Positions 12,413 through 24,232 of a stretch of 64,000 nucleotides of DNA are shown one piece after another. The DNA is taken from assembly GCF_006345805.1 (NCBI RefSeq), contig NC_043002.1, positions 35,402,001 to 35,466,000 of the forward strand, written 5' to 3'. The position numbers were made by a program, and so were the translations under genes. The stretch is from Octopus sinensis. Taxonomy: Eukaryota. Below the pieces are notes generated by a model. The model was given only the letters and a program-made list of their open reading frames with translations, made no database searches and was not told where the DNA came from. The first letter of the stretch is position 1; each line of letters starts with the position of its first letter.

Positions 12413-13369
12413 CCCTTTCGTTACCAAACCGCCCGAAAAAAATTTTGGTTAATGTGACCAAACCGCCCAAACCCGCCCGTATTTACCTATTCGTATTTAA
12501 ATGAGAATATCAGAGCAAATCTCTTTAGTACATTCGTGAAAATACGTATTATACTTTGTAAACAGTTCATCTACAGTTTTGTACAACAATCAAAGTGTAA
12601 TTTTAATTCCGGGAATTTTGGGGAATTTTTTTCCGAAATTTGTTCCTATTGCGTTTTCAAGCACGTGGTATTTGATAATGAATCTGATGTTTCATTTTCC
12701 GAAAGTGAAAACAGTGAATCCGAGAGCTCCGACAGCGATAAAGAAAATGAATTGGCACCTGAATGGAGTGAAAATTTAAAAACTGTTTCTTTCGGTGGTT
12801 TTTCTGAAGAAACTGGACCAAGCCACAGACTTTCCCAGGGGAGTAAAGCCTTAGACTATTTCTTTTTACTTTTTCGAATGAGCCTATTTGAAATCATTAC
12901 GGCGGAAACGAACCATTACGCTAAATTTAAACAAAGTGAAAGAAAGGATAGTTAGTGGTTTCCCACAACCTTAAATGAAATTAAGACTATTTTGCCATAA
13001 ATATTATTATGGGTATCAGAAAGTTACCCAGAATAACAAATTCTATCGTAAAATTTTGTTGTATACCCAATTGAATATTAGCTAATAACCCATTTTCTAT
13101 AGCGATGTTTGAACAAAATATTAATAATTTTATATTTTGTTGAATTTACCTGTATCTACCTGCAATTAGAGTCACTTTGTGACAAAAATTATAGTATAGA
13201 ATTAGTTGAGAACATTTCATTAAATTATCTTCCAAAAATCAGATTAATATATTGATAAATAAAAAAGTTATAGTTGTTTAATGAAACCAGACTAAATTTA
13301 TGATTATGTTAGAAATTAATTGAAACACATAAGGGGTGTATTTTGGTCAGAAATATAGTAACGAAAGGG
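12413..13369 (+). mobile_element. Non-autonomous piggyBac element (internal deletion derivative)
   Basis: TTAA TSDs at 12409-12412 and 13370-13373; 12-bp TIR CCCTTTCGTTAC / GTAACGAAAGGG. Transposase N-terminal remnant with acidic tract, ALDYFFLLFRMSLFEIITAETNHYA, WFPTTLNEIK and IMGIRKLPRI. Confidence 0.92.
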
Positions 13370-13920
13370 TTAATCTTAGCTTCCATTTATATTCTCTTTG
13401 TTTATTTGTAGAGACTTGTATGTTTGGATGGGATTTTATAAACTATTTACATGTTGAATGAATGGGTATTTTCTAGACATTGACATTGAAAGCACAGTTA
13501 CCATGTAAGTTTAACTGTGTGTGGATATCAATAATAGCATGGCACTTGATTTTGAGGTTTTTCACTGTAAAAATTACACGATATAAATAACTTTTTAGCT
13601 TTTGTATCATTTACACAATGAAAGCATCTGAATTGGGCTACCAAGCCATTTAAACCAAAAGTCTCCAAGTAAAATCTTTGTTAGGTTCATGATATACAAA
13701 ATAAGTAATTATATGTTCCAAAACAAGTCAATTATAAAGTGTTTTTCTACATAACAGAAATCAATAACTTTCTCAAAGTGAGACGCATGTTTGTGCATTT
13801 TTGTTTGTGACAGATGGGAGAGTGAAGAGGCAATAAAGTTAGTTTTTCACTATTCATACAAAATATAAATTTTCACTTAATTGTTTTCACATATGGAACC
13901 TTATGTTAATTATATTTCAG

Positions 13921-14127
13921 AACTTTTTATTAGTTATGAATTATTTTTAAAATCTTCAAGTAAAAAACTGCCTATAGATCAGTCCCAAAATTTTCAAGTA
14001 AAACACCGTCAAAAGAGAAGTTTGTCATCATCTGAGAAACAAACACCATATAGAACGCTCCTTCAGCATCCAAGAGTGATTAAAGCATGTGAAGGGTTTT
14101 GTGCAGCATCATCACAAAAATACAAAG
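13921..14127 (+). CDS. PXYLP1: Putative stem-region exon of the PXYLP1-like gene
   Basis: Acceptor TTATATTTCAG at 13920; open frame LFISYELFLKSS...RVIKACEGFCAASSQKYK(G). Ends at a phase-1 AAG|GCAAGT donor that joins in frame to 15794. Confidence 0.7.
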
Positions 14128-14269
14128 GCAAGTTTTATTTTCTCTAAAATTTCTGTTTACTAAAATGAAGTCAAACTATGTATGGCACTATTCATTTGCA
14201 CAATGGTTGGAATTTCATGGTTTGATATAATTACTAGGGTAACATGTACATGTATTTATGTATATGTAA

Positions 14270-14640
14270 GTATCATCGTCATCATTGATTCCATTATTGT
14301 ATGAGTTGGATAGATTTTTGTGAGCAGGTTTTCTATGGCTGATACCCTTCTTGTCACCAGCCCCTACTTGTTTTTCATTGAAGTAATATTTCCCCATAGC
14401 AAGACATGTCTTTGCAGAATATTGGAAATGAATAATATTCATTTATAACAATCACACACTGTCAAGGAAGGGAACCACAAACATATATTATGATGGGCTT
14501 TGAATTTTATTTACCAAATTCATTCAAGGCTTGGCTAGTAGAAAGTCTATGACACAAGACACTTGCTCAAGGTGCCACACAACAGGTCTGAACCTGAAAG
14601 TTAGGAAGCAAAGGTCTTAACTTCACAATATACCTGCACT
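14270..14640 (-). mobile_element. Degenerate SINE with RTE-type tail
   Basis: GACACTTGCTCAAGGTGCCAC core, B-box remnant and GATACCCTTCTTGTCACCAGCCC tail. Confidence 0.6.
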
Positions 14641-15793
14641 GTATGTGAGGGTTCCTCTGTATGTGTGTCTTGAGCAATTAGATTATAGGATTGACTCTGA
14701 TCCCACCCCACTACATACAGGGGTTTGGGGATTAGGGTTTGGTCAAGAAGTAACTAATTTTAGCATCACATTTAGGCTTCACCCAATTTTCACCCATTAA
14801 TATACTCCTAAACTTCCCCTAACGGGTTTAATCTAAGTTATTTCTGCCAACTCCTTTTATAATGCTATTTCTACTAAATAGCGGTTAACATCTAACCTCT
14901 AACCCCTGTAACATTGACCAAACCATTAAACCCACCACATAACAAGCTATTTCCCCCCAGTATAATGGAAACACAATGTAAACTGCAACCGTAGAAATTC
15001 TTCCTAAATGTGACTTTATTCATGTACTTACCACAGGATGGAATACCATGGATTATATTAACACCTTAATTGAAGTCCTTATCTTACCTTTCCTTACTAT
15101 GTTTATCACATTATTTTATTTTATTTTACTCTACTTTATTTTTTTAACTAACTTTCACACATGTTAGTTCCCTAACATTTGGACCCTCTGAAGAAGCTTA
15201 GGGGCACACCCATTATCCAAGCCCTGTCCAATGTCTGTCCATCCCTGTATATCACTGATGTGAAGAAAACTTGGAGGTTTTTGTTGCCTTATGGTAGAAA
15301 CGGCTGTAAGGGATTAGTGCCTGTACATTCATATATTATTATTCATTTGTTTCTATATATGTGCCCCCCCCCCCCAATCCACTCCTAATTCTTTAGCCAG
15401 GGCTCATACTGGAAGACACTTGTCCAAAGTCCCATGCAGTGTAACTAAACCCAGAACCATGTGGTTAGAAAGCAACTTCTTACCACTTGGCTATGCCTGT
15501 ACCTATACAGCTGTTCCTTAAGTAGGTTGTTAGGTCTGTGTTTGTTTAGAACTATAATTATTAATTCAATTAATTTCATATGAAATTCACATTAAAAATT
15601 ATTAGTTGTTACTATTCTAGAATAATTTTCAATATGGAATTAAAAATGTTTTTTCATTTTATATATATATATATAAAAACAGTAAATTGTTTTTCAAAAT
15701 TTATATAAATTTTAATTTATTGTGAAATTGAACAAAACTCTGCTATTCATATTTATCTTTTCAGTGTTTGATTTATTTTTCATTCAAATATAG

Positions 15794-16974
15794 GTAATTT
15801 CAACAGGCTTTTTTCTGGCTACAAACTTGTTCAAGTTCATACTTTCTTCAGTTCTGGACAAACTCTACCAGAAGAATTACCTGCACTCAGATCACCAATG
15901 ATTACCTGTATGATAACAAATCTCTTATCAAATAATCCTAAAGTAAGGTTATTTGAAGAGAGTATTTCTTTATACAAGAAGCTTCAAAAAAGACCCAGTA
16001 GTTTAAAAATATTCCCACCAACATCTAGAAAACCTGTTTGCTTTTTAGGAGACCTTACACCTTTTGGAATCCTTCAACAAATTGAGCATGGTGAATTTTT
16101 GAGAGAAGTTTATAGTCATAGGCTGAAGAATACATCTCCTGAAAAGTTGTTTACCATACAGACCATTCCAGAAAAACTTCAGTACCAAAATTCTCTTGCT
16201 TTTGCAGTTGGCTTTCTTACACAGAAACAATTTAGTCGTATACATGTTGGTAAATCTCTTCCAGATTTTGCTTCTAGGTCCATGAATAAACATCTTAATT
16301 GTCCTAAATTAAATATGCATTCTTCACAAGTTGAAAATGCTATAAATTCTGGTCAGTTTATCTTTAAAGAAGCTCATCCATCCACCAAACGTTTAGTTAG
16401 CCTTTTTAATTCTACAGATATTATTAAATCTTCTTCATTGGAAATTCTTCAGTCTACTTTATCTTACTTGTGCAATAAAATCTCTCCTGTTTGTCATAAG
16501 GATAAACCTTGCATAAGAATTACACCCAAGGGGTTAACAGAAACTGTCAGAATGACTGACAGCTACTTCAAAAATCTCATTGTAAACCCCCTGTTTACCG
16601 AAATTTCAAAGTTGTCTACATTTCCAGCTTTGCAGGGAATTATGGAAAGTATCCACAATAGTAAAATATTTTTCCATACATATTCCTCCAAGCTTTCTTT
16701 TCTATTGTATTTGCTTCGAACTCTGGGGCTCACAATTACTGAAAGGCCTGTGTCAGTCAGTCATTTCATTTTTGAAGTTTATGCTAATAGTGAAGGCTCA
16801 AAATTTTTCCGTATCCTTTTTAATGGTGAAGACTTAACAAATAAAGTGCTCTCTTGTAAGAATACTGCAGCTTCATTCTCAAATCTCTGTCCGCTAAGCA
16901 TTTTAAATAATTTTATTACTCATGGAATATTTGAACAATTTAAAAGTCCAACCTACACAGGAGCATGTGAGTAG
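15794..16974 (+). CDS. PXYLP1: Large terminal exon of a 2-phosphoxylose phosphatase 1-like protein (histidine phosphatase branch 2) lacking catalytic motifs
   Basis: Acceptor TAG at 15791-15793; frame is open upstream of the listed ATG (GNFNRLFSGYKLVQVHTFFSSGQTLP). CFLGDLTPFGILQQIEHGEFLREVY, RILFNGEDLT..VLSC and LCPL..L..F...IF....YTGAC are collinear with PXYLP1 as recalled (CEMGELTQTGVVQHLQNGQLLRDIY; RILYNGVDVT; MCPLENL...YYDAC). Confidence 0.9.
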
Positions 16975-17798
16975 AATCTTAGCCATTACTTATGACTTTT
17001 TTTTTTACATTTCTCAGAGGATGTGTTTTCTGAACTTGTCCTGTTTGGCATAAAAGATCCGTCTTTTTGATGACAGTGGTGGGCACATCATATGATGTAC
17101 CTTTCTTTTTCAGGTGTTTCAATCAAACTTCTGACAGCAGGTTACTGAGACCTATCCATGCATTGTCACTCTTTTATAATTCTCTAGGGTGCAAAAAAAA
17201 AAAATATATAGAACTAAGCCCTCTGCTCCATTGTTTCCTTTTTTCAAATCCAACCCAGATGCAATGCTTTACCTGTTGCTTACAAGAAATGAGTGATACC
17301 AATTTCTCAACCTGTATTTAATCTATCTCCCCTATCCAGGTTATACTCTGTTTAAATTTCTATCCAAAAAGGTAGTGTTTGTGCAATCATAGACTACCCA
17401 TCTCTATCACTCGCTTCTCTTGCTTAGATTTCAGCAATAATGACTTACCATTGTTTGCTATCACATCCAATAATTCCCACTCTTAGGTACTACCCTTTGT
17501 TCCTCCCTAATGTTTCTCAACTGTGCATTACCTACATGAATCTTAGATGCCACACAGCAAAGCTGTACTGATTCCTTGACAGCATCCCACCAGTGGGGCC
17601 ATGTCAATTTTGTCGTTATCAGCAGCAAAAAAAGGGTACAAGCACTAATCATATAAACCCCACCCCCCACCCCCAAAAGGAAGGAAATATGAGTAGCTGT
17701 CAACTAGAGTTCTGATACTTTAAATGTTAGGCCTCACTAACAATGAATAGTTAGAACCAATTACTAACAACTGGCCTTCTCTTCAAGGCCAGTCTTTA

Positions 17799-18340
17799 GT
17801 AAGGAGAATACAGGAGGCGGTCGAAAAAGCCAACTTCTATATATGGCTGAAGCGGGAAGACCGAAAATGGCTTGAAAATCATAACATGCCAGCAGGAAAT
17901 AACATCATTAGGTGAGACACGCTGACACTGAATCAACTTCGCTGACTGACAGGTGACGATCATTTAGAGAATGCGCTGGCTAAAACTACGCGCCTTCACT
18001 TGTCAGTTAAGGTGAGACAGTGTCACATGACAACTTGCTGGGGCTGCCTGCTGGAGCCTAGCGGCAGGTATTTAAAGGGAAAAGTTTGACAAGTCAGTCA
18101 GTCACCGGCTGACACTCGCTGACGATACATCAAAGAGGCCAGGGAACAGAAGAAAGAAGACATGCACCCAACACCAGAGCTGAAGACACCTCCGAAAGGG
18201 GGGGGGGGGCCCGCCACGTCAAAACGGTAGAGGGGTAGGGGCCGAAACCGGACGTGGTTCCTCCTGATGATGTCTTGAGCTAACTGGATCCTATGAAGCG
18301 GTTGTGGTAGCAGACCACGAAACACGGTTGTAATTCCTGG
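17799..18340 (+). mobile_element. 3' remnant of an RLE-type non-LTR retrotransposon (HERO-like) with GC-rich 3' region
   Basis: VRRIQEAVEKANFYIWLKREDRKWLEN resembles the HERO/R2-group C-terminus (AAE.AS.WIWLKR...W). Followed by CCGAAAC...CTGATGATG. Confidence 0.45.
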
Positions 18341-18344
18341 TGAT

Positions 18345-18700
18345 AGTCTTCAAAGCTCAAGGGAGCCACAATGGAGTATTCCTCCCACATCTAGGATGGT
18401 GCTACTCCTATACACACAGACATCTTACACTGCACCCAGAGAAAAACCACCTCTCATAGACACATTCTAGCCTCTGGCCCATAGGCACGTTGTTGCTTCT
18501 CTTCTTTTTAGCTACTATTATGGTCTCTGTTCCTCAGAGCTGATTGACCTTATGCCACCTACTCTAAGGCACTAGTCTCTCCTTTCATCACTCATGTTGT
18601 GTCCAACTGCCCAAGTTACATACATTAAGTCTGCCTACTCCTTCCTTCCTATCTTTGCTCATGTCCTTCTCAAAAGTGCAATGGTTCCAGGATGACATTA
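18345..18700 (+). mobile_element. Degenerate CR1/Jockey-group LINE 3' fragment
   Basis: Remnants of KAQ...MEYSSHI.DGA, L.HR.VVASL and YYYGLCSSEL. Confidence 0.55.
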
Positions 18701-19416
18701 ATGGCATCGGTCTCGCTGCTGTCAGAAGGACTGCTAAAATCATGGACACTTTTATCTTCTTTCAGTCGTAACAGTTAAAATATTTTTTTTAATATGTTAT
18801 TTAATGACAACTTCTGAAACACATCTAAAAAGTTTTTGCACTATGAAATCTATAACAGTTTCTATTGTTTATAATTTGGCAGCACTTAAAACTTTTCAAG
18901 TTACAGCTTCAGTAAAGAATCTTGACCAGAAATAAATATAACTACTCTTTTCTAACTAAAAGTATACTTTTCATGAGAAAGGAATACTTTTAGCAAAAGA
19001 TTGTGGACAGTTTAGCCCAACTGTATCTTTTGATAAACCCTACTTCATTTTGTCTTGTTTTAGACTAATATACCTAGGAAGTGAAAGAGCTTCACTTGAT
19101 CTTTCATTTCTTGTTTGATATTTATCATTTTTTTAAACTTTAAGAACACCCTCAAAAAGTTCTCAATTTATTTACCCAAATTAGTTTGATTTTATTTATT
19201 TAAAAACTATTTATTGGTAGCATTGCCTGCATGTTATTTTTATTATTTCTTTGTTTATGTCCATTATATGCAACTGAAGCATTTAATTATTCAATTTGTG
19301 ATAAACTTGAAAAAATTCATCCCCGGTGTAAGAAAAAAATTATACATTTCCTCAGACAGATAGACAGACAGGCAAATCTTATTCAGTTTCTCTATCTTGA
19401 AACCTAAAATATTTGG

Positions 19417-19447
<31 letters not shown>

Positions 19448-22084
19448 TTACTTCATGCTTTATTTTAACTAGTTTTATTCAGATAATTTTATCTTTTGAT
19501 GAAAAAAAAAAAGTAATTAAATTAAAAATAGTAAGATGTTAAAGTGCAGATGAACAGATGTAATATGTATGAATTTAGCTAATAAAACTGGAATAAGTGT
19601 GTGTAGGTCTAGTGGTTGTAAAACAATATATTCAGGATAATAGAATTCTAACATTTGATTCTTTGTTCAGTTATTTGTCACATTGCTTCTAATTTTCAGA
19701 GTGCCATATACAGTAGCAGTTAGTCCCTAACCACTAAGCTGACTTCTCAAATTGAGTTTTGATTTTAAATTGTAATCATTTTTGTGTTATTTGTACTGCT
19801 CTAGAAAAAAGCATATATGTCAGTCTCATTTTCTTTGTATCTTTTCAATTCGAGATCTTGTGCCTATGACATAAATATTCACAAAATATCAGTTGTCAAA
19901 CAGCATCAAGAGGTAAGATCACTAAATTTAGTGAAAAATTTTAGATGCATCGTTGTTGTCAAAATCATTCTTTTACATCTGTTTTCCATATTACCATAAT
20001 TTTGACAAGTTGTTATAGTCTGAGTTACCGAGTCGGTACTTATTCAATTATTGTCCTCTTTGACAGGTTGGAAGACCAAATTCTTATTTGTACATTCCAC
20101 TTTTGGCATGGTTTCTTTGACTGGGTGCCCTTAGCACCAACTTCAGTGTGTACTGGGTGCATTCTATTGTAAAATAAACGTTAAAGAAGTTCATATCCTT
20201 GGTCAGATTAAGGACCTTCTCAACCCTATGTTGCTTTTGTTTATTTGTCAACTATTACTATTTGTATTCTATCTTTCATGTGGACTAGCATTGCTACCTG
20301 TTCTTACTATGGTTACTATGCTTTTAGAGTGCATACTCTAAAAGCCACTGCAAATTATGTCACCTTAGTAACAAAAGCTTTCAACTGCTTCTAGGGAAAT
20401 GTTCAGGTATAATAAATTTTACTTGTGCTCTTAGTGCTTACTGTGCCTGTATATCTTGCACAAATGAAATGAACTTTCTGTTAGCCTATCTGTGATCTCA
20501 CTATACCTTTTGTATGTCCATAGCTTACACTAGATGCATTAACGAATTTCTATCTACTTGTTTTCTGCATATTGAACTTAGATAATTTCCTGATGGTTGC
20601 ATGACCCCATTTTTATTATTTCTATATATAAGCCTATAATCTTTGCTTACTTTACTGTAAGAGCTTCTGATTATTTCAGTTACATTTAGAGACTTTTCTT
20701 TGAAGCTCTAAAGTGCTAATATTTAATTACCTTTCCTAATTAATAGCATTCTAGTTCCAAAAGAAAACATACAGCAATGTTTATACTTACTTATGGTAAA
20801 TATTAAAAATATAAAGTTTGCTTTATTTGACTTAGATATCCTATTATTAAATTTATTTTAAAATTATAGTTTTTTTCTTTACGTCAGTGTTCTACTTTTC
20901 TAAAATATTTTCATGACTAATTATGTTACATATTCATTTGTCTGTCTGTCATCTAATTTGGGATTGTATATAAAATAAGATCACATACAGAGTGTATTAG
21001 CATGTATATATAATGCATACACAGGTTTGTGTATTAATTTATGTCTATTATATGCAGTTATGACAGTTTAATTTATACATACACATAACTCGCATACAAG
21101 TGAGTTAAATACATTGGATGATTGTTATTCATGCTTCTTTTATACAATTAAGAAATAATAAAATAAATGTTGGTGTGTAAAAATTTATCACTGAATGTGT
21201 TCATCTGTGCAGGATTGGAGAAATCTTTGATATTTTGGCAGTAACAAGTTGGGCAAAATACCTTGTATTTAGATCTCATGTTGATTAAAATACTGTTAAA
21301 TTTTAGTGAGCCTTGTCAGTAAAATCACACCAGCAATTGAATAACCATACTACCTCCCTATAAATTTGGCCACTTATTGAAGTATGGATCCTCAGCTTTT
21401 CAACTTTTTCAGTAATCCTTTAATAAATAAAAAACAAATCACTTCAGCATTTTAGTGTTCTGAACATCAGATTTATAATCTACAAAAAAAAAAAAAAATA
21501 AATAAATAAACTAATTTCTTTCATTTTTGAATACACATTACTTGAATTATTTTGGAATCGAATACAGCTGTGTTACAAAATTTTAATCTTTATCCATGTA
21601 ATTAAAAGCATTGGATTGAGATTAGTTTTTATTAATGAACTTTTATCTTTCTTTAAAAATAAAAAATAATAATAAAAACCTGGTATTCAAAACAAAATCT
21701 GAAGACTTGTTTTTGAGAAAGGGGTTATGTGGCTAAATTTGTAGTTTGTGTCAAAGAAATAATAATTATTATTGTCAATGATGAAAGTGAAACGGTAGTA
21801 TTGGACGTTGGTACGTGGTTCCTTTTTTTTTTTTTTAACCTTCTCTAGGAATAATAAAATATGTTCAGTGAATATAAATTGATAGCACAAATCTAAATTA
21901 GTTTTGTGTTGGTACAGCTGTGGATTCCTAATGAACACTGTCTCTACATGTGTTGTCAGAAACTTGCAATAAAAACATGGTCTTGCTACTATGCTGAATA
22001 AAGCATTAGCTAGCTCAATTTTCACGTTACTGGGTTGTTTAAAGATTTCTCCTTTTCTGTTCAGATGTTTAGTCAGTATCTCTT

Positions 22085-22121
22085 GATACAGCTGACCACA
22101 GCCAGTGAGCTGAGCAGCATC
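22085..22121 (+). promoter_or_regulatory. IRE-like RNA hairpin 1
   Basis: GCUG-ACCA-CAGC-[CAGUGA]-GCUG-AG-CAGC; member of a five-copy family. Confidence 0.4.
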
Positions 22122-22396
22122 TGTGATACTTTATAATATATCATTGTAATAATCTTTTTTATACAGACACATTATGAAAAAAATTTCTGTGCATGTTATG
22201 TTGGATTTTTTCTTTTTTGGATTCAAACAGGCACAAAAACAACATCACACATTCATATTTCATTACATTTTCATATATTTATTGTTTTTTTTTTTTGATA
22301 ACAATGTATTATTTTTTATATATTATTTTTATTTTATCATTTTTTCCCCCTTTTGATTAAAGAGGGATTAGATGCCCCCTTATATACTAATGGCTA

Positions 22397-22429
22397 TCCT
22401 TGTGTCAACCAGTGTTTTGTTGAACAGGA
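22397..22429 (+). promoter_or_regulatory. IRE-like RNA hairpin 2 (enlarged loop)
   Basis: UCCUUG-UG-UCAAC-[CAGUGUUUU]-GUUGA-A-CAGGA. Confidence 0.35.
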
Positions 22430-23419
22430 AACATCAAGAATTCTATTGCATTAATACTCTTATTTTCTCTGCTATAAATAATATTTTCAGATAGGTTTAG
22501 AGGATAATTTTGAGAACAATAACTGAGAAGATTAACTTGTTTTTGTTTATTTGTTATTACGGATTTTTTTTTTTTTTTTTACTGAAAAATTTATACTTTA
22601 GATCAGTAGAATCTCATTAAAAAAATTGTAGAATCTCAATTAATTCCTATTACACAAAAAAAAAACTTACAAAAAATATAAATCTGATGTTTTCTGAAGC
22701 AAAAAATTTGTTTTATTACTTCCAGGTTTGCTGGAAGTAATTTAACTATATTAATCACAATTTGAAATATAAGAAAAATAAGCCTAAAATAACATTAAAA
22801 TAATAATACCTATAATAGCAGCAGCTTTAGTAAGTCTTCAATACATTTTTTTCTTTAACTAACAATCAGCAACTAATTTTAAAAGTTTTTAAAGTAGACC
22901 ATTTGTTTTTGCTAAGGGAAAAGTGTTACAGGAGAATGTTTAACATAATAAATACTAATACAAAAGGACCTATGTATGTAATATAAGGGGTTGGAAGATT
23001 TTGTTCAACTGAGATTGTAGATATCCCTGCCCTTCTTTAAATTTATACAAGCAATGGAAATATCTTTAGTGTGGTCGGCTGACAGCAAGTTTTGGACAAT
23101 ATAAATAATGGAGATTAGAGAGGATTTGGTCTCTTGTGAACACAATTAGCTATGTTTTTATTTGTAAGCCACAAATATTTTATTTGCCTCATTCAAATTA
23201 TTACATATCATATTCTATTAGAAGAAAAGAAAAGTACATAAATATAGTCGGCAACTTAGTGTTTGGTTATATTATAAATAGAATATTCAAAAAATTAGTT
23301 ACTTGAATTCAAATATCCAAATTTTTTTCTCTTGGTTTTAGTTGCAGCTATACTACATGTTGATATCTACTAGGTGATGGTTGGATGCATAACAGTCCAT
23401 CCTATGTAATGTTTATTGA

Positions 23420-24232
23420 GTACTCTCTTTTACTTGGTTCAGTCATTTGACTGCGGCCATGCTGGAGCACCGCCTTTAGTCGAGCAAATCGACCCTGGGG
23501 CTTATTCTTTGTAAGCCCAGTACTTATTCTATCGGTCTCCTTTGCCGAACCGTTAAGTGACGGGAACGTAAACACACCAGCATCAGTTGTCAAGCAATGC
23601 TAGGACAAACACACACACACACATACATATATATATATGAATGGAAATTGCAGCTGAGTTACCAGTGCCGGTGGCATGTAAGAGCACCATCCGAATGTGG
23701 CCGTTGCCAGCGCCACTCTGACTGGCCTCGTGCCGGTGGCACGTAAAAAGCACCATCCGTTCGTGGCCGTTGCCAGCCTCGCCTGGCCCCCGTGCCGGTG
23801 GCACATAAAAAGCACCATCCGATCGTGGCCATTTGCCAGACTTGTCTGGCACCTGTGCCGGTGGCACGTAAAAAGCACCCACTACACTCATGGAGTGGTT
23901 GGCGTTAGGAAGGGCATCCAGCCGTAGAAACATTGCCAGATCAAACTGGGCCTGGTGCAGCCTTCTGGCTTCCCAGACCCCAGTTGAATCGTCCAACCCA
24001 TGCTAGCATGGAAAGCGGACGCTAAACGATGATGATGATGATGATATACATACATACATACATATAAACGACAGGCTTCTTTCAGTTTCCGTCTACCAAA
24101 TCCATTCACAAGGTATTGGTCGGCCCGGGGCTATAGCAGAAGACACTTGCCCAAGATGCCACGCAGTGGGACTGAACCCGGAACCATGTGGTTGGTTAGC
24201 AAGCTACTTACCACACAGCCACTCCTGCACCT
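23420..24232 (-). mobile_element. tRNA-SINE split by an RTE 3'-UTR insertion
   Basis: SINE tail half at 23420-23625 and head half at 24046-24232 flank the insertion, which sits in the SINE's central CA/TA tract. Confidence 0.9.
23640..24045 (+). mobile_element. 5'-truncated RTE LINE (3' UTR only)
   Basis: GGTGGCAC repeat units, CCATGCTAGCATGG palindrome and (GAT)n tail. Confidence 0.9.
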
